From Paraspadella gotoi (taxonomy: Eukaryota; Animalia; Chaetognatha): a stretch of 64,000 bases of DNA. Position 1 is the stretch's first letter; every line of letters starts with the position of its first letter. A program made the position numbers and the translations under genes. Shown here in pieces: positions 42,543-54,652 of this stretch. The notes beneath the pieces are model-generated. The model was not told where the DNA came from, did not search any database, and was given only the letters and a program-made list of their open reading frames with translations. Location: the NCBI GenBank assembly GCA_051294375.1, contig CM119264.1, positions 10,383,615 to 10,447,614 of the forward strand. Direction: 5' to 3'.

Positions 42543-42618
42543 CTGGGCAAGTTCAACGCTCCGAATTAAATGTCTTGGACTTGGATGCTGCGGGCAAGTG
42601 GTTTCTCAGGTAGGTTTG

Positions 42619-42629
42619 AAGATGGCGGC
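42619..42629 (+). promoter_or_regulatory. YY1-type motif AAGATGGCGGC (conserved in copies B ~45992 and C ~49309)
   Basis: Exact match to the established YY1 consensus; single motif only. Confidence 0.3.
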
Positions 42630-42717
42630 AAAATGGGAGTTAATTCCGGTCTCGCGCGAAAAGAGGAAAAAGAACGAGAAAGAGAGAGGGGGTGAGGAGA
42701 GAGAGCAGAGATGGAGA

Positions 42718-42789
<72 letters not shown>

Positions 42790-43320
42790 CAGAGAAAAAG
42801 AAATCAAATGCAGCTGATAAACTAGAGAGGCGCTTAAAAAAGAGAAGAGAAAAGATGTCGATAGAGAGGATTAAATGAGAAAGAAGAGATAAAAAAAAAC
42901 TGAAGAAACCCTGTAACTAACAATTTTTTAGAAAGCAGAGGAGCATAGAAAAACATTTTTTTCTCTGAGTCTTTTCTCTCGCTAAATCATTTCCGGTTTA
43001 CGAACAACGCGAATCCCGACGCTCCGAGTGCAGTTTGATTGAAACACTCGATGAGGTAATAGCGATATGTTGACGCCCGGTGAGGCCTCAGCGTCAGCGA
43101 GGGACGGACGCCAATGGCGGACGAGGTTGCAGGATTTCGATGCCCGGCGGCCGACAGCGCGCACCGCGCCGCAAATCCCTTCGGTCTGACGTTCGACGAC
43201 GAGGGCCGGGACGCCGCCTCACCGCGCCGGGCGGGTTAGCGCCGCGAAGATAAATGAGACCTGATAAGCACGAAAGAGGCGAATCGAGGCAAAGGAAGAG
43301 AATCGTGGGGGAGAGAGAGA

Positions 43321-43368
<48 letters not shown>

Positions 43369-44160
43369 TGAGATGAGAGAGAGAGAGAGAGAGAGAGTGA
43401 GAGAGAGAGAGCATCGATACAAAGAGAATGACAGAGTTGGGAGGGTGATTGGCCAGTGGTATCTTTTTCGCTTTCGCTGCCTTCGGATTGGAAGCTCTTC
43501 TTCTTTTTTTTTCTTTATTTCTTTTTCCTTATTTTTTTTTTAATTTTTTTTTCCAGTTCTCTAATTTAAAATTTTTTCCTTTTTTTTTCCTTCCTTTTTA
43601 TTTCTTTTCCCCTTCTTCTTTTCTTTGTTTTTCTTTTTCCTTTTCCTCTTTTTCTTCTCCACTTTCCCTTCCACCTTTTTCCCCCCCACCTTTCGTCCGC
43701 GAGATTTGTATGCCGTCATGTTTTTCTTCCTTTTTTTCAATTTTTTTTTTGTTTTCTCTTTTGAAGCGACATCTTTTAGGTTTCCTTTTTCTTCAGTTTT
43801 TCTTTTTTTTGTTCTTCTTATTTCACAAAGACATCTTTCACGTCAGTTTTTTTTTTTCTCTGGTGATTTTTTTTTCTCGTATGCAGGACATCTTTGGAGT
43901 TCCTTTTTTGACTTTATATTATTTTTTGTTGTATTCTTGTTCTCTGTTTGTGTTTTCCTGCAATTCTCTCGGAGCTGGAAGGCCATCACCGTTTTGACCG
44001 GCATCAAAGCACAAACATTTCTGCGTTTGTTGACACAAAAGAGAAAGCAGAATAAAAAACGTACTTTTTGTTTTAGATATGTGCGTAGTTTGTACTACAC
44101 TAATACTTGTAGCGGAAATTTATTCGGTATTCCCGTTTCTTTAATCTCTCTCTTTTTTTT

Positions 44161-46627
44161 GAGACGGACAAGAGTGAGATGAGATGAGTTCAAAATCGAA
44201 TTTTGTTCGCGGAAAAAGGAGTATGAAGACTGAATAGTGAAAAAAAAACTTGGAAAAGGATGAAAAACCATTAAAACGACATTTGTTCTTATCATTCGTG
44301 AAAGAGAGGAATACGTCATGAGCGAGCGAGGAACTCGGCCAACGTGTGTGAGTTAGAGGGAAAAAAANNNNNNNNNNNNNNNNNNNNNNNNNNNNNNNNN
44401 NNNNNNNNNNNNNNNNNNNNNNNNNNNNNNNNNNNNNNNNNNNNNNNNNNNNNNNNNNNNNNNNNNNNNNNNNNNNNNNNNNNNNNNNNNNNNNNNNNNN
44501 NNNNNNNNNNNNNNNNNNNNNGCATTGAGTTGCCATTAAATCGTTTTTTGTTTGACGAGCGAAAACGATTTTGTCCACAATACAAACACATAAACCAACT
44601 AAACAGCAAAAAATGTCAGGCGATGAAAACTGAAAAAATCAGGCGAAGCGATGATATGTCCTCAACCACCATTGGCCGTAAGTCTGTCCACATACATTTT
44701 TTTGTTGTCACGGATGTTACGATCAACAAAAACCACGTCACCAACTGCGTCAACGACGACGACGACGTATTCTTCCGCCACCCGACGTCGCCACGTGGAT
44801 GAAATCACGTAAAAAAGAGATTCGCGGGTTTATGGACTCGGCGCGCCTTCCATCCGCGGCCCCATTGTCGCCCCCCGGATGTCGGGCGCCCGCTTCCTGG
44901 GCACAAAAAACCCGGATGTGACGGATGCGCGCCGACGACGCCGGCGATGGCGACTCATCAATTGACTTCCATCAGCGCGGGCGACCGGGGAGGAAGAGGG
45001 GGCGGGAGGGGGCGAGTGGGTGGGAGTGGGGGGAGAAGAACGAGCGAGGTCGGGACATGAAGAGAATCGCGTCTGGAAATGATGGAGAACGGCGGAGAAC
45101 GTGGAAGAACGTGGATGAACGAGGAAGAACGTCGGTGAGAACTTTGTAAAGAGGAGAAGAATGAGGTGAGTGAACCGAGAGTCAGTGAGACTCGGCAACC
45201 CGGGGTGAACGACGAGAGAGAGAATTCACAAGGCTAGTTATAGCGCGAGGCGTTGGCGGAATGCGGATGCGATCCCGACGCCGAGGACGCGGTTCCGGCG
45301 CCGCGGAAGATTTTACGAGTTTGAAAAACATCGAAAACTAAACGTCGAAGTCAAAAGGCAGTGGCAATATGGCAACAACGAAGAGCTGATAGAAGAGATA
45401 ATATTTAGTAAAAAGCCGAGAAAAGATGACGAGTTTTACAGGGAGATGAGTCAGAAGATAATGAATGAAAAATACGCTTCCAAAACGCTCAACTCGTACA
45501 ATGCTACGTTTGAATTGCAAATCAAAAATGTTAGGCCTTAATTTTGGACAGCGGCACATTTTATCTTAAACTTTGAATTATTTTTAGGTCCAAAGATTAG
45601 ATTAGGGGACATGAGAGGGAGTAGGTTAAGGAATAGAGATTAGGGTTAAGAGTTTAGGCTAGAGATTAGAGTTAAGGATTAGGGAATATAATTTGGTGAG
45701 GGTTAACCTTTAAGGATTAAGGTTATCTGATAGGGTTTGGATTAAACGATTTAAAAGAGATTAAGTTTAGGGATTAGTAATAGAAACCGGGCGTTTTCGA
45801 AAAATAATGCCGAATCTTAAAACGTTTTTTTGGCTAATTATTATTATCTATTCTTTAAATTTGTTTTCATTGTTACATCGCATATAGAGTCTTAGAATTA
45901 GCGGGCAGTCACTGCCTCACTGGGCAAGTTCAACGTCCGAATAAATGTCTTGGACTTGGATGCTGCGGGCAGTGGTTTCTCAGGTGGTTCGAAGATGGCG
46001 GCAAAATGGGAGTAATTCCGGTCTCGCGGAAAACGAGCGACAAAAGAACAAGAAAAGAGAGAGAGAGAGAGAGAAGAGAGAGAGAGTGAGAGAGAGGAGA
46101 GAAGAGAGAGAAAGGAAGAGAGAGAGAGAGAGAGAGAGAGAGATGAGTAAGAGAGAGGAGAGAGAAAGAGGACGAGAGAGAGAAACAGAGAGAGAAGAGA
46201 GAAGAGAGGAGAAGAGCAGGAAGTGAGGCAAAAAGAAAATCAAAGAGTGATAAGAAGAGGAAAAAACGAGAAGATCAAAGAGTCGAATAGAGAAGGAATT
46301 CAAATGAGAAAAGAGAGATAAAAAAAAAACAGAAAGAAACGCCTGTAACTCAACCAAATTTTTTTAGAAAGCAGAGAGATAGAAAAACATTTTTTTCTCT
46401 CGAGTCTTTTCTCTCGTAAATCATTTCCGGTTTACGAACAACGCGAATCCTGACGTCGAGTGAGTTTGATGAAACCATCGATGAGGTAAAGCGATAGTGA
46501 CGCCCGGTGAGGCTCAGCGTCAGCGAGGGACGACGCCAATGGCGACGAGGTTGCGAGGATTTCGATGCCCGCGGCGACAGCGCCGCCCGCGCCGCAAATC
46601 CCTTCGTTGACGGCGACGACGAGGCCG
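44161..46627 (+). repeat. Tandem segmental copy B (cleanest, truncated by a 25-N gap, no insertions)
   Basis: Collinear with A and C; empty at both insertion sites (~44657-44660 and 45920-45927). Confidence 0.93.
45552..45812. mobile_element. Second member of the TTAGGG-core element family (also in copy A ~41479-41750 and copy C ~48800-49100)
   Basis: CGGCACATTTT ... AAAATAATGCCG imperfect inverted ends around a TTAGGG/TTAGAG/TTAAGG-rich core. Confidence 0.4.
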
Positions 46628-46669
46628 NNNNNNNNNNNNNNNNNNNNNNNNNAGAGAGAAGAGCAAAGA

Positions 46670-49600
46670 GAACGGAGACAAAAGAGTAGAGAATGAGAAT
46701 GAGTTCAAAATCGAATTTGTTCGCGGAAAAAAGGAGAATGAAGACATGAATAGTGAAAAAAAAAACATTGGAAAAGATGAAAAAACCATGTAAAACGAAC
46801 CATTTGTTCTTATCATCGTGCAAAGAGAGGAATAACGTCATGAGCGACGCGAAGGAACTCGGAGCCAACGGTGTGTGAGGTTAAGAGGGGAAAAAAAAAA
46901 GAGAGAAGAGAGAGAGACGAGAGAGAGAGAAGAGAGAGAGAGCGAAGAGAGAGAGAGACGAGAGAGAGAGAGAAGAGAGAGACGAGAGAGAGAGAGCAAG
47001 AGAGAGACTTTCTGCATTGAGATTGCCATTAAATCGTTTTTTGTTTGACCGAGGCGAAAACGAATTTTGTTCCACACATACAAAACCACATAAAACACAA
47101 CTAAACAGCAAAACAATGTTTCAGCGATGAAAACTGAAAAAATCAAGGGAAGCGATGAATGTCTGGTGGATAGGCGTCAGCTTTACCAAGGAAGTGGCGT
47201 TCAACGCCTGAGACGCTCGATGGCAATCAACCAAAATTTCTATTGAGCTTGTATAAAAAGTTAATTAAGCCAACTTATGCTTGGTTATCCATGTTACAAA
47301 GGGAACCATTAAAAAAATCAGCATATAGATATTCCCTCTGCTTATGGCCAACAAGCAATAGAAATAATCTATAAATAACACATTCAATTCCGAGCAATTA
47401 ATTATTAATTAATAACAGATTAATTATAAAAGCAATAATAAATGACTAATAATAAACGAATTGGATTCCTTGGTATATTTGGTCATTTGACTCTTTGTGT
47501 TAATGCAGAATATTTCCTAAAATAAGAAATACAAGTTAACATTTTGATCAGACTGTTTTTCTAACTAGAACTGGAGTATTTGTTTTATGTTTAAATAAAA
47601 CAAAAAGATGCAAATGTTAACATTAGTAAGTTGATAAGCTACCTAAAGCATAACATATCTCTAAACTGAATAAAGTGTGATATTGGCCGTGGGGTCCCCC
47701 CTCGTAACGTGGGCGTGGGATCCCGGGAATCAAAAATCCACATGTCTCGAACCACCAACATTGGCGTAAAAAGTCTGTCACACATACATTTATTTTGATT
47801 TCACGGGATGGTTACGATCAAACAAAAACCACGTCACCGAACCTGCGTCAACACACGACGACGACGTAATTCTTCCCGCCACCCAGAACGTCGCCAAACG
47901 TGGGAATGAAATCACGTAAAAAAAGAAGATTCCCGGGTTCTTATGGACTCTGGGCGGGGCGGCCTTCCATCCGCGGGCCCCATTAGGTCGTCCATCTCTC
48001 CGGGATGTCGGGCGCCCGCTTCGCTGGGCACAAAAACCCGGATGTCGACGGATTGCGCGCCCGACGGACAGCCGTGCAGATGGCGACTCATCCAATTGAC
48101 ATTCCCCATCAGTCACGCGGCAGGGACCGGGGAGGAAAGGAGGGGGCGGGAGGGCGAGTGGAGTGGGAGGTGGGCGGGCAGAAAGAAAAACGAGCGAGGA
48201 GTCAGGGACATGAAGAAGAAATCGCGTACCTGGAAATGAAATGGAGAAACGGCGGGACGAACCGTGGAAGAAACGTGGATGACGACGGAAGAAGAACGTC
48301 GGTTGAGAAACCTTTGTAAAGCAAGGACAGAAGATGGAGGTGAGTGAACCGAGAGTCAGTGAGACTCGGAGCAACCGCCGGGGTGAAACCGACGAAGAGA
48401 AGAGGAATTTCACACAAGGCTAAGTTATACGCGCGAGCGGTTTGGCAGGAAATGGCCGGATGGCGATCCACGACCCGCCGAGGACGCGGGGTTCCGCGGG
48501 CCGCCCGCCGGAAATTTACGAGTTTGTTGAAAAACAATCGAAAACCCTAAACCGATCCGAAGTCAACAAGGCCGGTGGCAAATAGTGCAAACAAACGAAG
48601 AGCTGATAGAAAGAAGATAATATTTTAGTAAAAGCCGAAAAAAGATGACGGAGTTTAACAAGGGAGATAAATGTAGTCACCCAGAAAGAATAATGAAATG
48701 AAAAATAAGCTTTCGCAAAGACGCTCCAAACTCGACAACAATGCTTACGTTTGAAATGCAAATCAAAAATGTGGTAAGGCCCTTAATTTCTATGGGACAG
48801 CGCCCACATTTTATTTCTTAAAACTTTGAATTCATTTTTAGGTCAGATTAAGATTAAGGTGGAACATGAAGAAAGGAGTAAGGTTTAAAGGAAATAGAGA
48901 ATTAGGGTTAAGAGTAATTAGGCACCCTAGATTTAGAGTTTAAGATTAGGGAGATATATGATTTTGGTAGAAGGGGGTTAATACCTTTTAGGAATTAAGG
49001 TTTAAAATCTGAATACAGGGTTTGCATTATTAAACGATTTGAAAAGAGATTAAGTTGGGGTTTAGTAAATAGAAACCGGCGCTTTCGAAAAATAAATGCC
49101 CGAAATCTTAAAAACGTGTTTTTTTGGCCTAATTTAATTTTTATCTATTCTTAAATTTGTTTTCATTGTTACATCGCAATGATAGAGTCTTAGAATTAGG
49201 CGGGCAGTCACTGCCATCACATCGCGGCATTCAACGTCCGAATAAATATCGTCTTGGACTTAGGATGCTGCGGGCGAGTGCGATTTCTCCTCATCAGGGA
49301 GTGGTATCGAAGATGGCGGCAAAATAGGGAAGTAATTCCGGTCTCAGCCGGAAAACGAGCGACAAAAGAACAAGAAAAGAGAGAGAGAGAGAGAGAAGAG
49401 AGAGAGAGTGAGAGAGAGGAGAGAAGAGAGAGAAAGGAAGAGAGAGAGAGAGAGAGAGAGAGAGATGAGTAAGAGAGAGGAGAGAGAAAGAGGACGAGAG
49501 AGAGAAACAGAGAGAGAAGAGAGAAGAGAGGAGAAGAGCAGGAAGTGAGGCAAAAAGAAAATCAAAGAGTGATAAGAAGAGGAAAAAACGAGAAGATCAA

Positions 49601-50820
49601 AGAGTCGAATAGAGAAGGAATTCAAATGAGAAAAGAGAGATAAAAAAAAAACAGAAAGAAACGCCTGTAACTCAACCAAATTTTTTTAGAAAGCAGAGAA
49701 AATAGAAAAAACATTTTTTTCTCTCTGAGTCTATTTGCTTCTCGTAAATCATTTCCGGTTTACGAACAAACGCGAATCCCGACCGTCGAGTGAGTTTCGA
49801 TGAAACCATCAGATGAGGTAAAAGCGATACAGTGACAGCCCGGTGAGGCTCAGCGTCGCGAAGGGACAGACGCCAATGGCGACGAGGTTGCGAGGATTTC
49901 GATGTCCCGCGCGACAGCACGCGCCCAAGCGCCGAGCAAATCCTTCGTTGACAGGCGACGACGAGGCCAAACTGCACACAGCACCCCGCACGGGCGGGTT
50001 TAAGCGCGCGAAGATAAATTGAAGACCTGAATAAGCACGAAGAAGCGGATCGAGGCAAAAGGAGAGTCGGCTGGGGGAGAGAGACCAGAGACGAAGAGAT
50101 GAGAGAGAGAGAGAGAGAAGAGAGAGAGAAGAGAGAGAGAGAGAGACGAGAGAAGAGAGCATCGATACAAAGAGAATGACAGAGTGGGAGGGTGATTGGA
50201 GTGGTATCTTTTTCGCTTCGCTGCTTCGATTGGAAGCTTTCTTTTTTTTTTATTTCTTTCCTTATTTTTTTTATTTCAGTCTCTATTTATTTTTTTCCTT
50301 TTTTTTCTTCCTTTTATTTCTTCCCTCCTCTTTCTGTTTTTCTCCTTTCTCTTTTTCTCTTCCTCCCTCACCTTCCCCCACCTTTCGTCCGCGAGATTGT
50401 AGCCGTCATGTTTTTTCTCCTTTTTTCAATTTTTTTTTTGTTTTCTCTTTTGAAGCGACATCTTTTGGTTTCCTTTTTCTTCAGGTTTTCTTTTTTTTTT
50501 CTTTTCTTATTTCACAAAGACATCTTTCACGTCAGTTTTTTTTCTGGCTGATTTTTTTTTCTCGTATGGCAGCGACATCTTTGGAGTTTCCTTTTTTGAC
50601 TTTATATTATTTTTTGTTGTATTCTTGTTCTCTGTTTGTGTTTTTCCTGCCAATTCTTCCCGGAGCTGAAGGCCATCACCGTTTGCGGCATCAAAGACAA
50701 ACATTTTCTGCGTTTGTTGACACAAAGAGAAAGAGATAAAAAAACGTACTTTTTTTGTTTTTAGATATGAGTACTACGCTAATACTTGTAGGGAAATTCA
50801 TTCGGTATCCCCTTTCTTTA
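46670..50820 (+). repeat. Tandem segmental copy C (insertion-error rich, contains solo-LTR-like element)
   Basis: Collinear with A and B; ends ...ATTCGGTATCCCCTTTCTT like copy A at ~44121-44142. Confidence 0.93.
47164..47742 (+). mobile_element. Solo-LTR-like insertion, 579 bp
   Basis: Absent from copies A and B (…GCGATGATATGTCCTCAACC…). Flanked by TGTC at 47160-47163 and 47743-47746. Ends TG(G)TGGAT ... ATCCACA (TG..CA with a short inverted repeat). TATAAAA at 47252 and AATAAA at 47669-47674, ~70 bp before the end. Confidence 0.65.
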
Positions 50821-53800
50821 AAAAAAAAAATTCTACGAAACGTTATTAAAATTCTTATTGTGATTCAAACTGTTTTTCGAGATGACCTGCGATGACCTAT
50901 GGTGATTCGGCAGTCGACCTCTCGTGTTTTGACTTTTCGTGACCCTTCCTCCTCTTCCTCCCCCCTTTCTCCTTAATCTCTCTCGTTTCTTGCCTTCTTT
51001 TCTCTCGCTGTTTCACTTTCCTCCTCTTTCTTTCCTTCTCTTTTTCTTTTCTTTATCCCTGTTTTCAACTTCACCTCTCATGAACGAAGTGCGAAGACTC
51101 GTATCGCGCTCAGACGCTAATATTAACAGTTATATGGAAATGCAGGCAGCGTGTCAAATACCTCGCAATGCAGTCACTGTTTGAAGTACATAGATGTTAA
51201 TGCAGTCAGTGAAAGGAAAGACGAATTACCAATTCAGTCTCGCACGAAAGCCGTTCGTCAGAAAGCAGCAATCAAGCCTTAAGGGAGATATGAATTTCGG
51301 GAATATTTGGGTCAAGATCTGAAAAAAAGAATCTGAAGCAATTCGTGGAAATGGCAAGTCGTCAAGATTGCAACAAAAAGATTCTTTAGCTTGCACTAGC
51401 TGGACATCTTGTATTTAATTAAGAGTCTGTTCAAGTCATTGAGATTCGTCGTTCTTGGGGAAAGTGTTTTTACTTTTAAAAAGCAAAAAGGGAATCACCT
51501 TCGAATTGTGCGGGGGAAAAAGACGGAGTTGTACGGAAACGTCGTACAAATCGTAGAAATCACTTCTATATATTTTTTATAAGTAATAGGAAGCAAAAAA
51601 AAAAGTACGAGCGAATCTGATCTTTTTTTCTCCTGAGTTGCATCTTTTTTATTTGCGTAAATAAGATTACATTTTAATTAATCGTAGAATTCAGTCGGGT
51701 TGCTTTGAAATAAATTGGTATTTTATTGCAATAAAATTCAATTTAAAAAAAATGTTGTGAGACACAATTGACACATTTTATTATTGTAGTTAACAGTAAT
51801 TGCGTTAACATTGAGGATGCTTCGTATTGCAAATCCGTTCCCTTCCTTGATCGATCGCTTCTTCCTCAGAGACGCTCGCAAACGTCTGCTTTTGTCGTTC
51901 CTTTTTCAAAGACGTAGTTCCAGTCATTCATAAACATGAATCCCATCATTTCTCGCCAGGAACGATAATCCCGAGCACATTTTATATTCTCTTTTTTTTT
52001 TNNNNNNNNNNNNNNNNNNNNNNNNNATATATTCCTTTTTTTCTTTCCTCGTCCTTTTTTCACTGCAACCGTCCTTTTCCCCATTTCAAAAAAAAAGAAG
52101 TCAGGGAATGGGATTAACGGCCAAACAAGGGTTAAATTAACCAGAGGGAGGGTTCAGAGCTCTCCCTCTCCTCTTCTTCCTCTCTCTTTTCTCTCTCTTC
52201 TCTCTTCTCCGATCTCTTCATCATACTCATACTCTCTCACATCTCTCCTCTTCTACCTCTCTTCTTCCTCTCCTCACTCTCTCTTCTTCTCTTTCTCTCT
52301 CCTTCGAAAAATCTCACATTAGACAATTTGTCTTTTTTTGGAATCCTATTTTCCATTTGCAGTTGAAATACCACCAAAAACCATATAAACACTAGTAATT
52401 ATTTCATTGAAAATGATTTAATCTAGAAATAATCTGTTTCATTCTTCTGCTTCCTTATAAAGTAAGTCCAAGTTTTCGATGGAGCGCGGACCGCNNNNNN
52501 NNNNNNNNNNNNNNNNNNNNNNNNNNNNNNNNNNNNNNNNNNNNNNNNNNNNNNNNNNNNNNNNNNNNNNNNNNNNNNNNNNNNNNNNNNNNNNNNNNNN
52601 NNNNNNNNNNNNNNNNNNNNNNNNNNNNNNNNNNNNNNNNNNNNNNNNNNNNNNNNNNNNNNNNNNNNNNNNNNNNNNNNNNNNNNNNNNNNNNNNNNNN
52701 NNNNNNNNNNNNNNNNNNNNNNNNNNNNNNNNNNNNNNNNNNNNNNNNNNNNNNNNNNNNNNNNNNNNNNNNNNNNNNNNNNNNNNNNNNNNNNNNNNNN
52801 NNNNNNNNNNNNNNNNNNNNNNNNNNNNNNNNNNNNNNNNNNNNNNNNNNNNNNNNNNNNNNNNNNNNNNNNNNNNNNNNNNNNNNNNNNNNNNNNNNNN
52901 NNNNNNNNNNNNNNNNNNNNNNNNNNNNNNNNNNNNNNNNNNNNNNNNNNNNNNNNNNNNNNNNNNNNNNNNNNNNNNNNNNNNNNATGGGCGACCGCAG
53001 CAAAGTCTTTCGGCGAAGATAACCGTTAGAACCGGATTTTTTTTTTGACATGAAATCCGGAAGAAATGTAGCATCGAGGAGGCGAAAATCTGAGGGAAGA
53101 AACTGGAGACAACGAATCGTTGTCTCTTTCGACTTTTGATTTTGGTTTTTCTCGACGGCGAGGAAGGAAGATGATCCACCTCCCCCTCCAAAGACGATCT
53201 CGAGACTCTCGTCACGTCGCTCGATTCTCTAGCATCTGGGTCAAAGTCGTTACGGTCTTTTATCGGGCGTCCCAGATCGAAATGAAGGAAAGGGTGACGT
53301 CGGCGGCGTCGTTGTTGTTGTGACCGACTTCGTTTGCTAAGTACACGCGATATTCTTCGCGCTTTGATTACCGCGTTCGAGACACGGATGGAAGGCCGTG
53401 GCAGAGCCAAGACAAGGCCGTGGCAGGGCCACGACAAAAGCTTTGTTTAGTAATGGTACTCGAGACCTGGTCTTCGATGCCACGGCTGCCACGCCGTAGC
53501 GGGCAACGACACGAAGCCGGCACAAAAGGGCTTCTCTCGCTGCGCGGCATCAAAATGCAATACTCGGTCCGAAATCAATAGAAGAGACGCAGAAACACAA
53601 TTTGTCTTATTGCCGAATTAATTCCGAGAGAGAGCACGAAAGGAGNNNNNNNNNNNNNNNNNNNNNNNNNNNNNNNNNNNNNNNNNNNNNNNNNNNNNNN
53701 NNNNNNNNNNNNNNNNNNNNNNNNNNNNNNNNNNNNNNNNNNNNNNNNNNNNNNNNNNNNNNNNNNNNNNNNNNNNNNNNNNNNNNNNNNNNNNNNNNNN

Positions 53801-54138
53801 NNNNNNNNNNNNNNNNNNNNNNNNNNNNNNNNNNNNNNNNNNNNNNNNNNNNAGAGAGAGAGAGAGAGAGAGAGAGACAGGGATACATGGAAAAACGAGA
53901 TTGATAGACTCTAGGGGTTGCGTGGGTTACAAATATATTGATTTCTCCGTTACAAATTGCCGCCTTTGCCTCCATTCCTTCCCCCCTTTGATGGATTCCG
54001 TTGCTCTTTTGATTCCGAGACGTGGGAGTCGACCTCTGAGGGTCAGAAATGTTGAGAGGGTGTTGGGATTGTGTATACGGGGTCGAAAATGTGAAAAGAG
54101 GGTCAAGTGGTCGTTCGAAGGATCAGTGGTGGTCGAGA

Positions 54139-54230
<92 letters not shown>

Positions 54231-54238
54231 TAATAATA
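54139..54238. repeat. (AAT)n microsatellite
   Basis: Directly visible; source of poly-N/poly-Y ORFs. Confidence 0.95.
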
Positions 54239-54289
54239 CAAGCAGTAGTTCATTAACTATGTACTTTGAGTTGTAAAATATGTAATATG

Positions 54290-54652
54290 TTAATTAAAGT
54301 TAAGCTCGGGGAATATGCTTAAGTTTGAGTCCCGATCTCGAACCCGATTCAGCTCCTTTCTCCATAAAAAACAGCTGAGATCGAGGGAGGAAGTGAGACT
54401 TGGCTTTGTGATGGATGAACTCGTCAGAAAGGCTTTTTGCCATTTGCCATTTCGCTCTTTCGCCATTTGGTCTCCGAAAATAACGGGGAAAAAAAAAGGT
54501 GTCGCGAAATATCTCGTGATGGCGCTGGTGGGTAATGGAGACGGAGGGGGGCGGAGTCGAAAAGCGGCGGGCGACGGGGACCGGGTAAGGCCAGCTCGGC
54601 GCGGAAAGGTAAGGCCTTCGCCCTCGTCGTCATATTTCAACGTCGATTCCAT
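54290..54652 (-). CDS. Possible first coding exon (MESTLKYDDEGEGLTFPRR...)
   Basis: 120-codon ATG ORF starting ~35 bp downstream of an ETS motif ACCGGAAGTG (minus, 54695-54686) in a CpG-rich patch. The opposite strand is also open, so this is ambiguous. Confidence 0.25.
   Translation of the reverse strand: MESTLKYDDEGEGLTFPRRAGLTRSPSPAAFRLRPPPSPLPTSAITRYFATPFFFPVIFGDQMAKERNGKWQKAFLTSSSITKPSLTSSLDLSCFLWRKELNRVRDRDSNLSIFPELNFN

Larger units (their letters stand above)
40103..44160 (+). repeat. Tandem segmental copy A (~3.4-kb unit plus hAT-type MITE)
   Basis: Starts GAGACGGACAAGAGTGAGATGAGATGAGTTCAAAATCG, repeated at 44161 and (noisy) at ~46670. Collinear with copies B and C. Confidence 0.93.

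Noticed and set aside
44700-45060. Possible plus-strand coding exon in the tandem unit (…RILPPPDVATWMKSRKKEIRGFMDSARLPS…)
   Set aside because: Requires a frameshift correction, the copies disagree and no homology or splice boundaries support it.
53393-53437. 22-bp direct duplication AAGGCCGTGGCAG(A/G)GCCA(A/C)GAC
   Set aside because: Only two units; ordinary slippage duplication.
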